Of a stretch of 64,000 bases of DNA, positions 26,867 through 39,400 are shown in pieces. The position numbers and the translations under genes are program-made. The DNA lies in NCBI GenBank assembly GCA_051294905.1, contig CM119371.1, positions 15,502,001 to 15,566,000 of the forward strand, read 5' to 3'. The stretch comes from Botryllus schlosseri (lineage: Eukaryota). A model generated the notes under the pieces. It had not been told where the DNA came from. It was given only the letters and a program-made list of their open reading frames with translations, and did not search any database. Positions within the stretch are counted from its first letter, which is position 1; every line of letters starts with the position of its first letter.

Positions 26867-27390
26867 CAGAGATGGGCACAGTCCGGTTCAGGAGCCGGAG
26901 CCGGAGCAGGATTTCATTGATTTTTACCTGGCCGGACACGATCCGGATTTTGAAATGCGGTGACTGTCGAATTTTAACCGGATTTTTTGCTGCATTACGG
27001 TTAATTAGCATTGTTCTGGCAGGATTTTTTCAGATTCCGAACTGGACCTTCACCAGCCGGACTCCGAATCTCACATTGCCAGCCAGATCCGGATAGATTC
27101 GGATCCCGAAATTTGGGAATCCGCTCATGTCTTCAACCCAAAACTCGAGGGCCCTCGGATCTTTATTTCGCAAGTCTCTATTCGACATTTGAACGTGCCG
27201 CCATAGATAGTGGCTATTATAGCGACCCGCTTATACACCGTGTATTAGCCCGGAGCATGGACCGGAACCAGATTGGATATCCGGTCGGATTTTTTCAATT
27301 TTGGCCGGACCGGAACGGAGCCGGATTGCAACTTTTTCTGATACGGCCGGAGCTGTGTCGAAGCCGGATCAGTAATGTAAAACCCGGGGC
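26867..27390. mobile_element. hAT-like MITE fragments with CCGGA subterminal repeats
   Basis: Starts CAGAGATGGGC, has a GCTCATGTCT end-like motif near 27123-27132 and dense CCGGA/TCCGG; no clean TSD. Confidence 0.45.
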
Positions 27391-28996
27391 GCGAAGATTT
27401 TACGTCAATATGGTATAGGCTACATCTCCTGCGTAGTAAGAGTGGAAATGAAAGCACAAGAACTGAGGCCTACGACACCTTACGTTATACCTAAGTTATC
27501 GAAGGCCCCAAGAGAAACAAATAACTTTATGAATGAAAGTAGAAAGGTCTGCTAGACGATATAACTTCAGCGCACGTGAGTAGTTAGTATGATCGGTCGT
27601 GAGGTGGGTGGGGCTCTTATGGGCGCGGTGGCACGGTGCCGCGAAAACTCGTGTTGGCACGGTGACCCTTTTGACCCCCCCTTCCGCTCGCACGGTGCCA
27701 TTGTGTCTTATGGGCTCTCTCACACGGTAACCCTTTTCGGTATAGGGATCGCTCACACGGTGCCGTGAAAACTGGTGGTGACATGGTTACCTTTTCAGGT
27801 ATAGGCATCTCTCACACGGTGACTCTTCTAGGTATAGCCATCTCTCTCACGGAGCCTCGAAAACTCGTGTTGACAGGTCGTACTTTCAGGTATAGGCATC
27901 TCTCACACGGTGCCTCGAAAACTCGGGTTGACAAGTCGTACTTGTGTGGGTATAGGCATCTCTCGCACGGTGTTGAATATGTATCAAGTAAATAGTCACG
28001 TGATTGACTCTTAGTTAATGTGTATATTACAAATTATTATATATGACCGATTCGAGTTAATCCCAACGTTTACGGTGAGTACGACAATGATATATCGTTA
28101 TGTCTTACGGCGGGGCGGCATGCGGCTATTGCGTCTTATGGGTGCGGCCGTGAATCGCCCTTTCGGGTATAGACATCTCTCGCCCGATGTTGAATATGTA
28201 TCAAGTAAATAGTCATGTGATTGGTCCTTAGTTAATGTGTATATTCCAAATTACGGCGAGTACGACAATGATATATCGTTATTCTTATGGACGCGGCGAT
28301 GATTCGTACTTTCGTTGATAGAATGCTAGCGGCGTGTCGTACTTTCACCAAAAAGGGTGTGAAATAGTTTGCTAAATCTAGGAATCAGTCGCTTGGTAAT
28401 TAGTTTACCACGGAACCGGCGTAGACGGCAATACCAACAATAGCCGCGTTCACATATTAACACTCCAAATAGGTGTGAAATAGTTTGCAAACCCTGCGTT
28501 CGCTGACAAGATAATGTCTCAGACATACGCGACTTGATGTTACAGGCATATCGATCGCTCACGCGGTGAAATTTTCGTAAGCAGTTTGGCACAGAGCTTG
28601 ATTTCACTCGTACGATTTAATAAGTAACGAATAACAGACCGCCAGTGTCGGTAACTTGAATAGCGACAAATTGTCACTTATTTCCGCTGTAACCCTAATC
28701 CTTTGTGAAGTGAACGCTTATTCAAAAGGGTGTGATATCATTTTAAAATCCTACGACACTCACAGGGTAATGCTTCAGACAAAGCGATCCCTCATGCCCA
28801 CTCACAAGGTAATATTTCCGTAATTAGTTTGTCACAGAGTCGTCGCAGACGGTGATTCGTAAACCAACAATTTGACACTTTCTGGTATGGTCGCTATATG
28901 TTTTTGACACTTTGTCCATGTTTGACTTTAGTTGTATGATAAGAATCATGCGAATATTCAAGCAATGTATCAATTGAATGAAATGAAACTTACTAC

Positions 28997-30270
28997 CAGA
29001 GGTGGTCAGTAACGAAGTACTTCTACTTTTTGGAAGTACTCAAGTAGTTTTCCTCTACTTCTGGTACTTACTCAAGTAGATCTGATTTTCTCTACTTCTA
29101 CTTCTACTTCATAATATTTTGCGATCTACTTACTTACTTTTCGCTATTTTCAGTTTGTGAAGTAGAAGTAGTTCAATCCCCCAATACGAAAGATAGCCTG
29201 AGGGATTTCGGGCTGTTTTCACGGAGTACCAACATTTAATATTCATAAAAGTCAATTAAAGCCCAGAAATTGTTTTCCACTTCGCGCACAGTAGTTATGG
29301 GGTGACAAATAGGTTTGTACGAAAGTATCAGTGAATATAATTTAGGTACCGGATTGCTTGGTTTCGCTCTCATCGTATTGTCGCCCATATCAAATATTTC
29401 ATCACAGTAAATATGGCCCACCATAACGTTTGAAACTACCGTTTCGCAATCTAGCAAATCCCTATCATTTCGTAATTAGCAGCCCATGACGTGTCCTGCT
29501 AATCTGGAAAATCCGGCTTCTTTAAACGTTACACCTGTTTTAGCAGATCACATTTGAAGTTTTATGGACAAAAGACATGAAATATATTTTCCGCTTTTTA
29601 GAAGAGGTCATTGTATTTCACTTTCAATTCCGAGTATCATACTTAGAGTTCTGATTACTTTCAGTTATTTTGACTGCAGAACATACATGTTGAAGCATAA
29701 AAACAAGCGTAGTATTTTCCGAAAATGAAGTTACACTAAATATAACTTTTATGATCCACAATATTTGTTTTTAACGTATACTAATCGGGCAAAGTGTTGA
29801 AACCGTATCCGATACAGCTTCTACGTATTGCCCTTCGCCTAAACTTGGGGCCTTATAATATGGGGTAGGGCGCCATGCCATGATATTCTCAAAAAAGGGG
29901 TTTTCTAGTAAACAAAGAGTTAGTATCACATTTTTATATCAATACTATAATTTGCATCCCATGATGCGAAAGAATATGCTTATTCTGCCGAAAATTGATA
30001 CCTCCTGGTATGCATTAATACGAATCAAGCTCTCTGCACCTTCCGCATAGCTCAATTTGCAGCTTTTGACAGTCCATGCGAACGAATTAAGACTGTTTTC
30101 AAAACTACTTACTTACTTGAGTAGATTTAAAGTCACTCAATTCTACTTCTACTTCAAGTAGTTTTATCTGGCTTATGGAAGAAGTACTTCTACTCGTACT
30201 TGAGTAGATTTTTTCGTCGCTACTTCTACTTCTACTTGAGTAGCTTTCTTGACTACTTTGACCACCTCTG
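28997..30270. mobile_element. hAT non-autonomous element (AGTAGA/TACTTC-repeat family) in the left arm only
   Basis: TIR CAGAGGTGGTCA / TGACCACCTCTG; perfect TSD CTTACTAC; empty site GTAGTAAG at 41651-41658 in the right arm. Confidence 0.95.
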
Positions 30271-33200
30271 CTTACTACACAGCTCAAGTTGATTCGTATT
30301 TGAATGTGTTGATCCGGTACAATTCTAATTAATTTGAGAAATCTTTTTAACGTGATCTTTTGATTCGACCGTAACCTGAATATTACTGACGCCGACTTTC
30401 AGTCACATTGAATTATTCACACATTCCACGCCGCTGTTTTAACAGTTATAGAATCAATACCAACTATCTCTAACCCGATAATATTCAATCATTTTGGTAA
30501 TTTACCAACTTTAAGTCCATTCGCGGATGTACTAAAGGTAAATCCAAACAATCCAAAATGAAATATTTGGACTTTGACATAGTCTGAATTGAAATAGATT
30601 GACAAACATGACTACCAACTTTCCCGCAGTCCCATTTCGATATTATATGCACATTGATTTGAAACAAGTAATGAAACATTGCAACTCTATTCGCGATCCC
30701 GCTTTCCGTTTGTCAAAGAGATATTTTAACATCTTACCATACTCAAAAGAATTCTTCACAACATTAACAATTGTTAAAAATCTAGTTTTCACTTACTTGA
30801 TTATATCACTACAACTCACAAACTTGAATTAATTCATCCTGGCTGTATTCGTATGATCGGTCTTTTTTATTCGATTGTAGAGGTCGTTACTATTCTGAAG
30901 ACAAAGTATTTACTAATCGGTACATATACGATTTGACTTGGACATATTATATTTTGAGTATACGAGATTTGAATGTCCGAACAATAACTGAGAATTAATT
31001 TATCACAATTAAATCCGTATATTACAGCGTAAAAGATATTGGGGTGTCAGCAACTCTGTACGGTCGTAGTTACAACCACATTAACTAATCTACCCAGGCA
31101 ACTCGTCATGATCATTCCTGAAATCAACACAAATATGACCACTGACTTGAGTTAACCACAAAACAGCATCAAGTTTTAAATCCACTTGTAGCTTACGGAT
31201 TATTTGAATGCTGGTTATGTTTTGTTGTAATTGAGTTAACGGAAATACTATTACGTCTCGACATCTGACCATCTTACCATATTCAAAGAATCAACCACGA
31301 AAACATTGTCAAGTAAATCCGTTAACCGACCAACTCAACAATATCAATATGAAAAACAGCCAAACATACACGAATCCATACAAGCACTAAAACCTAAAAT
31401 CCATAACAAGCCTGGTTGTATTCATATCCCTACATGTCTTTTTTATTCAACTTGAAAAGTCGTTACTATTCTGTAAGACAAAGAAATTACTATGCGGTAT
31501 ATTTTGTAAGATAAAAGTAATTACTTCTCGGTGCCCGCGACTTGAGATTAACATAATATGTTTGAGTATGCGAGATTTGAATGTCTGCCCAACATGTTGA
31601 GAATTCATTTCTTACAATCGAACGCAGGTGTTATATTGAAAATTATCATGATGTAAACATAAGGATTGACACATTGATTTGACATATGTAATAGTTGATC
31701 ATGACTTGACTATTAAATTATTTGCGTTAATTAGACCCGGCGTTGTGGTAAAGATTATTGTGACAGCAACAAACTTTTCAGTACCATTGTTATTAACATA
31801 TTGAGTTGTAAACTATGTGTGTCTAAAATGTTCTCGATTGGAAAATTATTCAGCCTTGGTACAAACCACGCAGAGTATTGTGGATATCAGGAAATATTTT
31901 ACAAATGTCTGCAGTAAACAAGACTAAAGATGAAACAACAATTTCCTTTGTTGAACAATAACCGGTGCAATACTTTATTGTCGGTGAGAATTGAAACACT
32001 TTCGCGCATTACCTGGTGTCAAGATATCACACTAGGTGAATTGACATACCACCATTTGATTAATGCTTAATCCGTTCGCATCATTTCTCACTCACTTTGA
32101 TCATTACAAAAGTAAATTGGAATATGTTTGCCAGGCACCACCTATTCAACTATACTTGAGTAATACAGAAACCTCTCAGCATTAATAAAATCGAAATGTG
32201 CGCTACACTGAAATCTACAAAAATGTGTTTGTATTGCTGTTCGTAGTAGCGATATCGATTTGAACCTCCATCATCTAACCAAACTACTGAGAGTCGTTGT
32301 CAATTTACATGACGTTCACTGATTACATACTAGAACTATTTGTGCAACGCACACGATCAGAGAAATTGGACATTTTTCCATTGCCATTCGTCAAAGTAAA
32401 TGTCGTCACAATAATCAGTCACTAAAAGACCATATACTTGTATGTGATTGAATCGCCGACAATTAACTCGGTAAATCAAACCCCTGAGAAATTTCACTCA
32501 GTCATTGGATAGGAAACAGCGTCGCTTAATCGGTGTGAGTCGTTTTTTCTAAATACTAATCATATCTGTCCAGCCAAGAACAATTTTCACTCACTTGGGT
32601 AACGAAACCAGTGTCCGATATCAATACAAGATATTTTCGTCACACAAAAATAATCAACTTCACTCGATATTCCCGTACTACGAAACTGTACAAAGGTTAC
32701 ATGTTTTTGTATGACATGGAATTAATACCGATCGAAGTAACCGTATTGGAGATAACTTTTAAACAAACACACTCTACGTGGTTAACATTCTCGTCGATTC
32801 TATTGTGATTAATGTATACTTCATGTGATCTGGATTCATTTCGATATGGCTAAACATTCAACCTCGACGGATACGAATTGTCACACACTCAAGTAATATC
32901 ATACCAAATAGTTATTTACAAGACACAGAAAATTTGTTTTGGTCGTTTCGACTTTATTACTGGAGATACTCATCACTTCGCTTAATACAATCTAGATTTA
33001 AACTCCATCGAACCTTTGGTGTCTATCGTTTTGCTGGATACGAATTATGTTAGTCTAAGAGTACACAATTTTCACTATCTTGGGTTATGAACTCAGTGTG
33101 TTAGCGATCATTCAATATTTTGTAGTATCAACTAGCTACTTCGTAGGATACGGATGATCATCCTCACAACTCTTACAAAAGTACGAAGGATATTTACATC

Positions 33201-34356
33201 ACACAAAGTAATCGACTTTACTCGATATCCTCACACTACGAAACTGAATGGTTGGTTTGACTCTACAAACTGTTCTGATGTCACAAGAACTTTTTCATAC
33301 GAATGGTTACGTATCTAAATATTCAAATAATCCAACACACGACTATAGCACTTACAGAAATATCATAGTTCTTGTAACAAGGTTGTATAAGTATAATGTT
33401 TATCGTAAGTCCTACATAGCCATGATATCCGTCCGAGTTTGACTTTTAGAAAACATTATACCGACATCGCGACATCTTTCAAAATTAAAACCACGGTGAC
33501 TGCTTCAGAGACCTACCAATGATATTGCAGTAATACAGTTACTTCCACAAAAGAGTATGTATTCGACTTACTTACCACAAATCTAACGCACAAAACAATT
33601 TACTTTACTAACGAGAAGCACCGAGCCTCACATCAAAACAACTAGAAAGTGGAACTATATTAAAAAAACGTCGCTAACCTTTGTGCACCAGCTGTAAATC
33701 ACACAAGCAACATGTTTCAAGATTCTGGTTATTGAAAAACGTTAAAGTGTTTCTCCTGCACCAAGTCGCTATGTTGACGAAAGCGTATATTGTAATACCA
33801 TGATCGATTTGCATTCGTTGGTCACAAACTGTCACTACTCTAAATAATTATTTTTCACTCAAATACAAAAGCATACTTGTCGCCAATCGTTTTCATCAAG
33901 CACGAGTTCAAGTAGCTTACTTACTACGACATGAATTGTTATTTTTATGTTGTGTAAATAGGTAATAATTTATTTTAGTAACACTACATCAACATCATCG
34001 AGTTGTGCGAATAGATTTACATGTGGTTTCAATCGAAGTACACAGCACGGTCTAATGTAGATTCATCTCTATTGTACAGCAACTCGGTAATCGAAATGCA
34101 TTAACATTTAAACAACGATCTTGGTTCGTCACGCGAAAAATATCTTTACTGTCGCAACACTCTGATACTCTGCACAAGATGTGTAAATCCTTTTCACACT
34201 CACTAACGGGATACCGATGTCAAGCAACAACGTTTAACAACATCACTGACACTGAACATACGATACCTACCCAAGTAAAAATATCATTTTCACCAGGAGG
34301 TCAGTCGTTACTTGTGTACAATTACCATTTTCCGTTGGGAGTTTAGCGTTACCCGA

Positions 34357-34670
34357 GTAACAAAACCATTTTCACTTGGAAATATATGTTTTCCCTCAAC
34401 AACAAACGTTTTTCACTTGGAAATATATTTTTTCCCTGGGTAACAAACCCCTTTTCACTTGGAAATATATTTTTGCCCTGGATAACAAACCTTTTTCACT
34501 TGGAGATATATTTTTTCTCTTGGTAACAAACCTTTTTCACTTGGAAATATATTTTTTCTCTGGGTAACAAACCTTTTTCACTTGGGAATATATTTTTCCC
34601 CGATCAACAAACCTTTTTCACTTGGAAATATATTTTTTCCCCGAGCAACAAACCATTTTCACTGAGCAAC
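34357..34670. repeat. ~41-bp minisatellite (about 7 units), left arm
   Basis: Unit AACAAACCTTTTTCACTTGGAAATATATTTTTTCYCTGGGT-like, head to tail. Confidence 0.9.
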
Positions 34671-36431
34671 AAACCCCTTTCTCCCCAGGCAACAAACCCT
34701 TTTCGTTTGGAAAACTATCATTTACCTGAGTACCAATACCATTTTCGTTTTGAAAACTGACAACTACACCAGTCAATTTGATATTTTTTGTATATTGTTA
34801 CAACAGACAGTGACAAAATATACACCAACAACGACTCCGATACATTTGTGTAATCAAATATTCACTTGCTCTGATGCATCCCATCAAAATCATTGGTTAC
34901 TCACATACAATAACAATGTGCTGTTGTACATCGACATGTATGTTTTCGGAATTGGCGAATAAAGGGGTTTCTGATATGTCCGTGATGTCCGGGTTCGTGC
35001 TTTGGATTTTCCAGAGTCAAAATGTCTGAATAAAACACCTCCTTGACGATGGTTGGTATGTGGATAACGGTGTTCGGAAAACAGTTGGAATTATGTCACC
35101 CATCGCGATAACAACTCCAGGTCGAGTTTTCCTCCCGCATGTTTACTATATTGTGTCTTTATTGGTCAATGTATGTCTCGACATTCAGTTTGAAATCGGA
35201 AACCCTGATAAAGTACGTAACCGGATCCGGATATCAACTGTGAATCGATAAACCAATGAACAATATTCAAAGTAAACATGTTACACCCTGTGTTTCCACG
35301 AAAAAATACCATCCAGACATACGTCGCGCTTGTTTGCCCACGCCAGTATACGCGCAAATGGAGGTGTGTGACATTGCATGCAATGTGTTGGTATACAAAC
35401 ATCGATCCACAGACATTATCATAGCCGGTAATTTTGATGTAGATCGAATGTCACCCGATAACAATGTCATACCAATAAGCCACATTGCAATAACTCTTAG
35501 TCCGCGCTATTACATCGATATTTCGACAACGTTCACTGATTTACTCGATGGTTTTATCGTGTTGTAACATTACAAGATAGTCATGGCCCTATCTCCGGAC
35601 AGATCACCCAGACCAATTGGATACATCGGTCAATATCCGTCGTGTTGTCGACACCGAAGTTTTCTGCTGCAGCGTTTGATCTAGGTGAACTATCGAAGTA
35701 CGGTGCTCGAAATGATTGCGATCAGTCTTTCAGTCACGATCAATGGATGTCGCTACTCCCACATAACGACTCCAGATAAAGATCGTGCAAATGTCGGACT
35801 GATATTGTGATCCAATAAGGTATGTTTCTGTGGAATGAAGACTGCAATCGTACACCACAATAGAACACTACCTCGTGATTTCACACGCAATCATAAAACA
35901 CACTTTCGTAAGGGTCTAGCTCGTCCGGTGACATTTCGAAACGGTCATCGCTACAAGAGATCGGGTTGGTCTCGTCATATCGGTAGCATTTTGACACTGT
36001 CATCACCACAAGGCTATTGAGGTCGATTCTGTTGGTCATATCGAAGAACATGTCAATCCGTTTTAGAATGTACCGTTTTTCAACTCCCCACACTATAGTG
36101 TTACGACACAGACAAGAAGCGTCGGTGGAAATGATAAAACACGGAAGGCATACTTTGGTGTTATTTGATATGGATTTTACACCAGACGAACCTCACATTC
36201 GAGCGATGTATTGGAATGGCGATTGTAGTATTGATGTCCAGGGAAAAGAAATGTATCGATTTATCGGTTTCGTACATATCCAACAAAAACCAGGGTATAT
36301 GATTGTGCATGGTTCGCATATTTGACTGTGATCACAATATTGATATGTACTGTACAGTTCACTTTCACTATCGTGCGAATACCCATGTTACGGTTTCTAT
36401 GTTTGTGTGTCTGTATGTCATGCTTCAGATT

Positions 36432-39400
36432 GACTCAGAGTCATTGCAATGTGGCTTATTGGTATTGTTATCGGGTGACATTCGATCTACATCAAAATTA
36501 CCGGCTATGATAATGTCTGTGGATCGATGTTTGTATACCAACACATTGCATGCAATGTCACACACCTCCATTTACGCGTATACTGGTGTGGGCAAACAAG
36601 CGCGACGTATGTCTGGATGGTATTTTGTCGTGGAAACACAGGGTGTAACATGTTTACTTTGAATATTGTTCATTGGTTTATCGATTCACAGTTGATATCC
36701 GGATCCGGTTACGTACTTTATCAGGGTTTCCGATTTCAAACTGAATGTCGAGACATACATTGACCAATAAAGACACAATATAGTAAACATGTGGGAGGAA
36801 AACTCGACCTGGAGTTGTTATCGCGATGGGCGACATAAATCCAACCGTTTTCCGAACACCGTTATCCACATACCAACCATCGTCAAGGAGGTGTTTTATT
36901 CAGACATTTTGACTCTGGAAAATCCAAAGCACGAACCCGGACATCACGGACATATCAGAAACCCCTTTATTCGCCAATTCCGAAAACATACATGTCGATG
37001 TACAACAGCACATTGTTATTGTATGTGAGTAACCAATGATTTTGATGGGATGCATCAGAGCAAGTGAATATTTGATTACACAAATGTATCGGAGTCGTTG
37101 TTGGTGTATATTTTGTCACTGTCTGTTGTAACAATATACAAAAAATATCAAATTGACTGGTGTAGTTGTCAGTTTTCAAAACGAAAATGGTATTGGTACT
37201 CAGGTAAATGATAGTTTTCCAAACGAAAAGGGTTTGTTGCCTGGGGAGAAAGGGGTTTGTTGCTCAGTGAAAATGGTTTGTTGCTCGGGGAAAAAATATA
37301 TTTCCAAGTGAAAAAGGTTTGTTGATCGGGGAAAAATATATTCCCAAGTGAAAAAGGTTTGTTACCCAGAGAAAAAATATATTTCCAAGTGAAAAAGGTT
37401 TGTTACCAAGAGAAAAAATATATCTCCAAGTGAAAAAGGTTTGTTATCCAGGGCAAAAATATATTTCCAAGTGAAAAGGGGTTTGTTACCCAGGGAAAAA
37501 ATATATTTCCAAGTGAAAAACGTTTGTTGTTGAGGGAAAACATATATTTCCAAGTGAAAATGGTTTTGTTACTCGGGTAACGCTAAACTCCCAACGGAAA
37601 ATGGTAATTGTACACAAGTAACGACTGACCTCCTGGTGAAAATGATATTTTTACTTGGGTAGGTATCGTATGTTCAGTGTCAGTGATGTTGTTAAACGTT
37701 GTTGCTTGACATCGGTATCCCGTTAGTGAGTGTGAAAAGGATTTACACATCTTGTGCAGAGTATCAGAGTGTTGCGACAGTAAAGATATTTTTCGCGTGA
37801 CGAACCAAGATCGTTGTTTAAATGTTAATGCATTTCGATTACCGAGTTGCTGTACAATAGAGATGAATCTACATTAGACCGTGCTGTGTACTTCGATTGA
37901 AACCACATGTAAATCTATTCGCACAACTCGATGATGTTGATGTAGTGTTACTAAAATAAATTATTACCTATTTACACAACATAAAAATAACAATTCATGT
38001 CGTAGTAAGTAAGCTACTTGAACTCGTGCTTGATGAAAACGATTGGCGACAAGTATGCTTTTGTATTTGAGTGAAAAATAATTATTTAGAGTAGTGACAG
38101 TTTGTGACCAACGAATGCAAATCGATCATGGTATTACAATATACGCTTTCGTCAACATAGCGACTTGGTGCAGGAGAAACACTTTAACGTTTTTCAATAA
38201 CCAGAATCTTGAAACATGTTGCTTGTGTGATTTACAGCTGGTGCACAAAGGTTAGCGACGTTTTTTTAATATAGTTCCACTTTCTAGTTGTTTTGATGTG
38301 AGGCTCGGTGCTTCTCGTTAGTAAAGTAAATTGTTTTGTGCGTTAGATTTGTGGTAACTAAGTCGAATACATACTCTTTTGTGGAAGTAACTGTATTACT
38401 GCAATATCATTGGTAGGTCTCTGAAGCAGTCACCGTGGTTTTAATTTTGAAAGATGTCGCGATGTCGGTATAATGTTTTCTAAAAGTCAAACTCGGACGG
38501 ATATCATGGCTATGTAGGACTTACGATAAACATTATACTTATACAACCTTGTTACAAGAACTATGATATTTCTGTAAGTGCTATAGTCGTGTGTTGGATT
38601 ATTTGAATATTTAGATACGTAACCATTCGTATGAAAAAGTTCTTGTGACATCAGAACAGTTTGTAGAGTCAAACCAACCATTCAGTTTCGTAGTGTGAGG
38701 ATATCGAGTAAAGTCGATTACTTTGTGTGATGTAAATATCCTTCGTACTTTTGTAAGAGTTGTGAGGATGATCATCCGTATCCTACGAAGTAGCTAGTTG
38801 ATACTACAAAATATTGAATGATCGCTAACACACTGAGTTCATAACCCAAGATAGTGAAAATTGTGTACTCTTAGACTAACATAATTCGTATCCAGCAAAA
38901 CGATAGACACCAAAGGTTCGATGGAGTTTAAATCTAGATTGTATTAAGCGAAGTGATGAGTATCTCCAGTAATAAAGTCGAAACGACCAAAACAAATTTT
39001 CTGTGTCTTGTAAATAACTATTTGGTATGATATTACTTGAGTGTGTGACAATTCGTATCCGTCGAGGTTGAATGTTTAGCCATATCGAAATGAATCCAGA
39101 TCACATGAAGTATACATTAATCACAATAGAATCGACGAGAATGTTAACCACGTAGAGTGTGTTTGTTTAAAAGTTATCTCCAATACGGTTACTTCGATCG
39201 GTATTAATTCCATGTCATACAAAAACATGTAACCTTTGTACAGTTTCGTAGTACGGGAATATCGAGTGAAGTTGATTATTTTTGTGTGACGAAAATATCT
39301 TGTATTGATATCGGACACTGGTTTCGTTACCCAAGTGAGTGAAAATTGTTCTTGGCTGGACAGATATGATTAGTATTTAGAAAAAACGACTCACACCGAT

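Larger units (their letters stand above)
27579..35502 (+). repeat. Left arm of giant inverted repeat (7924 bp including a 1282-bp insertion)
   Basis: Mirror ORF pairs have coordinate sum 70647 outside and 71929 inside the hAT insertion; the difference of 1282 equals the 1274-bp element plus the 8-bp TSD. Confidence 0.95.

Noticed and set aside
34357..34670. CRISPR-like array
   Set aside because: Units are head-to-tail with no unique spacers, there are no cas genes and the context is eukaryotic; it is a minisatellite.
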